A stretch of DNA of 64,000 nucleotides from Chiloscyllium plagiosum (taxonomy: Eukaryota), in assembly GCF_004010195.1 (NCBI RefSeq), contig NC_057718.1:17738028-17802027 (forward strand), given 5' to 3'. Positions within the stretch are counted from its first letter, which is position 1. Each line of letters begins with the position of its first letter. The position numbers were made by a program, and so were the translations under genes. Shown here one piece after another: positions 63,775 to 64,000 of the stretch. The notes under the pieces were generated by a model that did no database searches, had not been told where the DNA came from, and saw nothing but the letters and a program-made list of their open reading frames with translations.

Positions 63775-63914
63775 CTGTTCTGACAAATATTCACACCCGA
63801 CTCCAAAACGTTAACGCCGTCTCTCTCTGCACGCGTGCTGCTAGACCTGCAGAGTTTTTCCAGCATCCTTTGCTCTTGTTTCAGATTTTCAGCATCTGCA
63901 ATAATTTGCTTTTA
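63775..63914 (+). mobile_element. Degenerate PLE terminal repeat
   Basis: GTTCTGAC...AAAACGTTAAC..GCTGCTAGACCTGC..TCCAGCA..TTCAGATTTTCAGCATCTGCA, as in family 1. Confidence 0.6.
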
Positions 63915-64000
63915 AAGAGCTGGCAGGCAGTGGAAAGGTTGGCCGAAGGCGCAGATCTTAAAGGAGGAAAAGTGAAGTGGACAGCGGAGAGGTTTAGGGA

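Noticed and set aside
1..64000. CRISPR arrays, operons or prokaryotic defence systems
   Set aside because: The DNA is vertebrate and repeat-rich, with no regularly spaced repeat-spacer array and no gene-dense region.

Overview
This is vertebrate non-coding DNA (intron or intergenic), most likely from a shark or other cartilaginous fish. That assignment rests on HE1-type V-SINEs, Deu-domain SINEs, abundant CR1 LINE 3' fragments and Penelope-like element (PLE) remnants. I cannot identify a host protein-coding gene. The only recognisable protein-coding sequence is retroelement reverse transcriptase: CR1 RT at about 48.9-49.7 kb and 4.3-4.8 kb, and a PLE RT thumb at about 22.5-22.7 kb next to a 630-N gap. 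The strongest signal is a set of about a dozen minimal hammerhead-ribozyme motifs (CUGANGA-stem II-GAAA-palindrome-UH). They belong to at least three sequence-unrelated short PLE-derived families. These occur as tandem pairs, perfect fold-back palindromes and nested palindromes, several with 14-15 bp target-site duplications (TSDs). Other observations are a TSD-flanked, half-inverted local copy of neighbouring DNA (17.0-18.1 kb), further local templated duplications, clusters of RFX X-box and Meis/Hox motifs, a small CpG island and a few candidate exons. Repeat boundaries were read by eye and are approximate.
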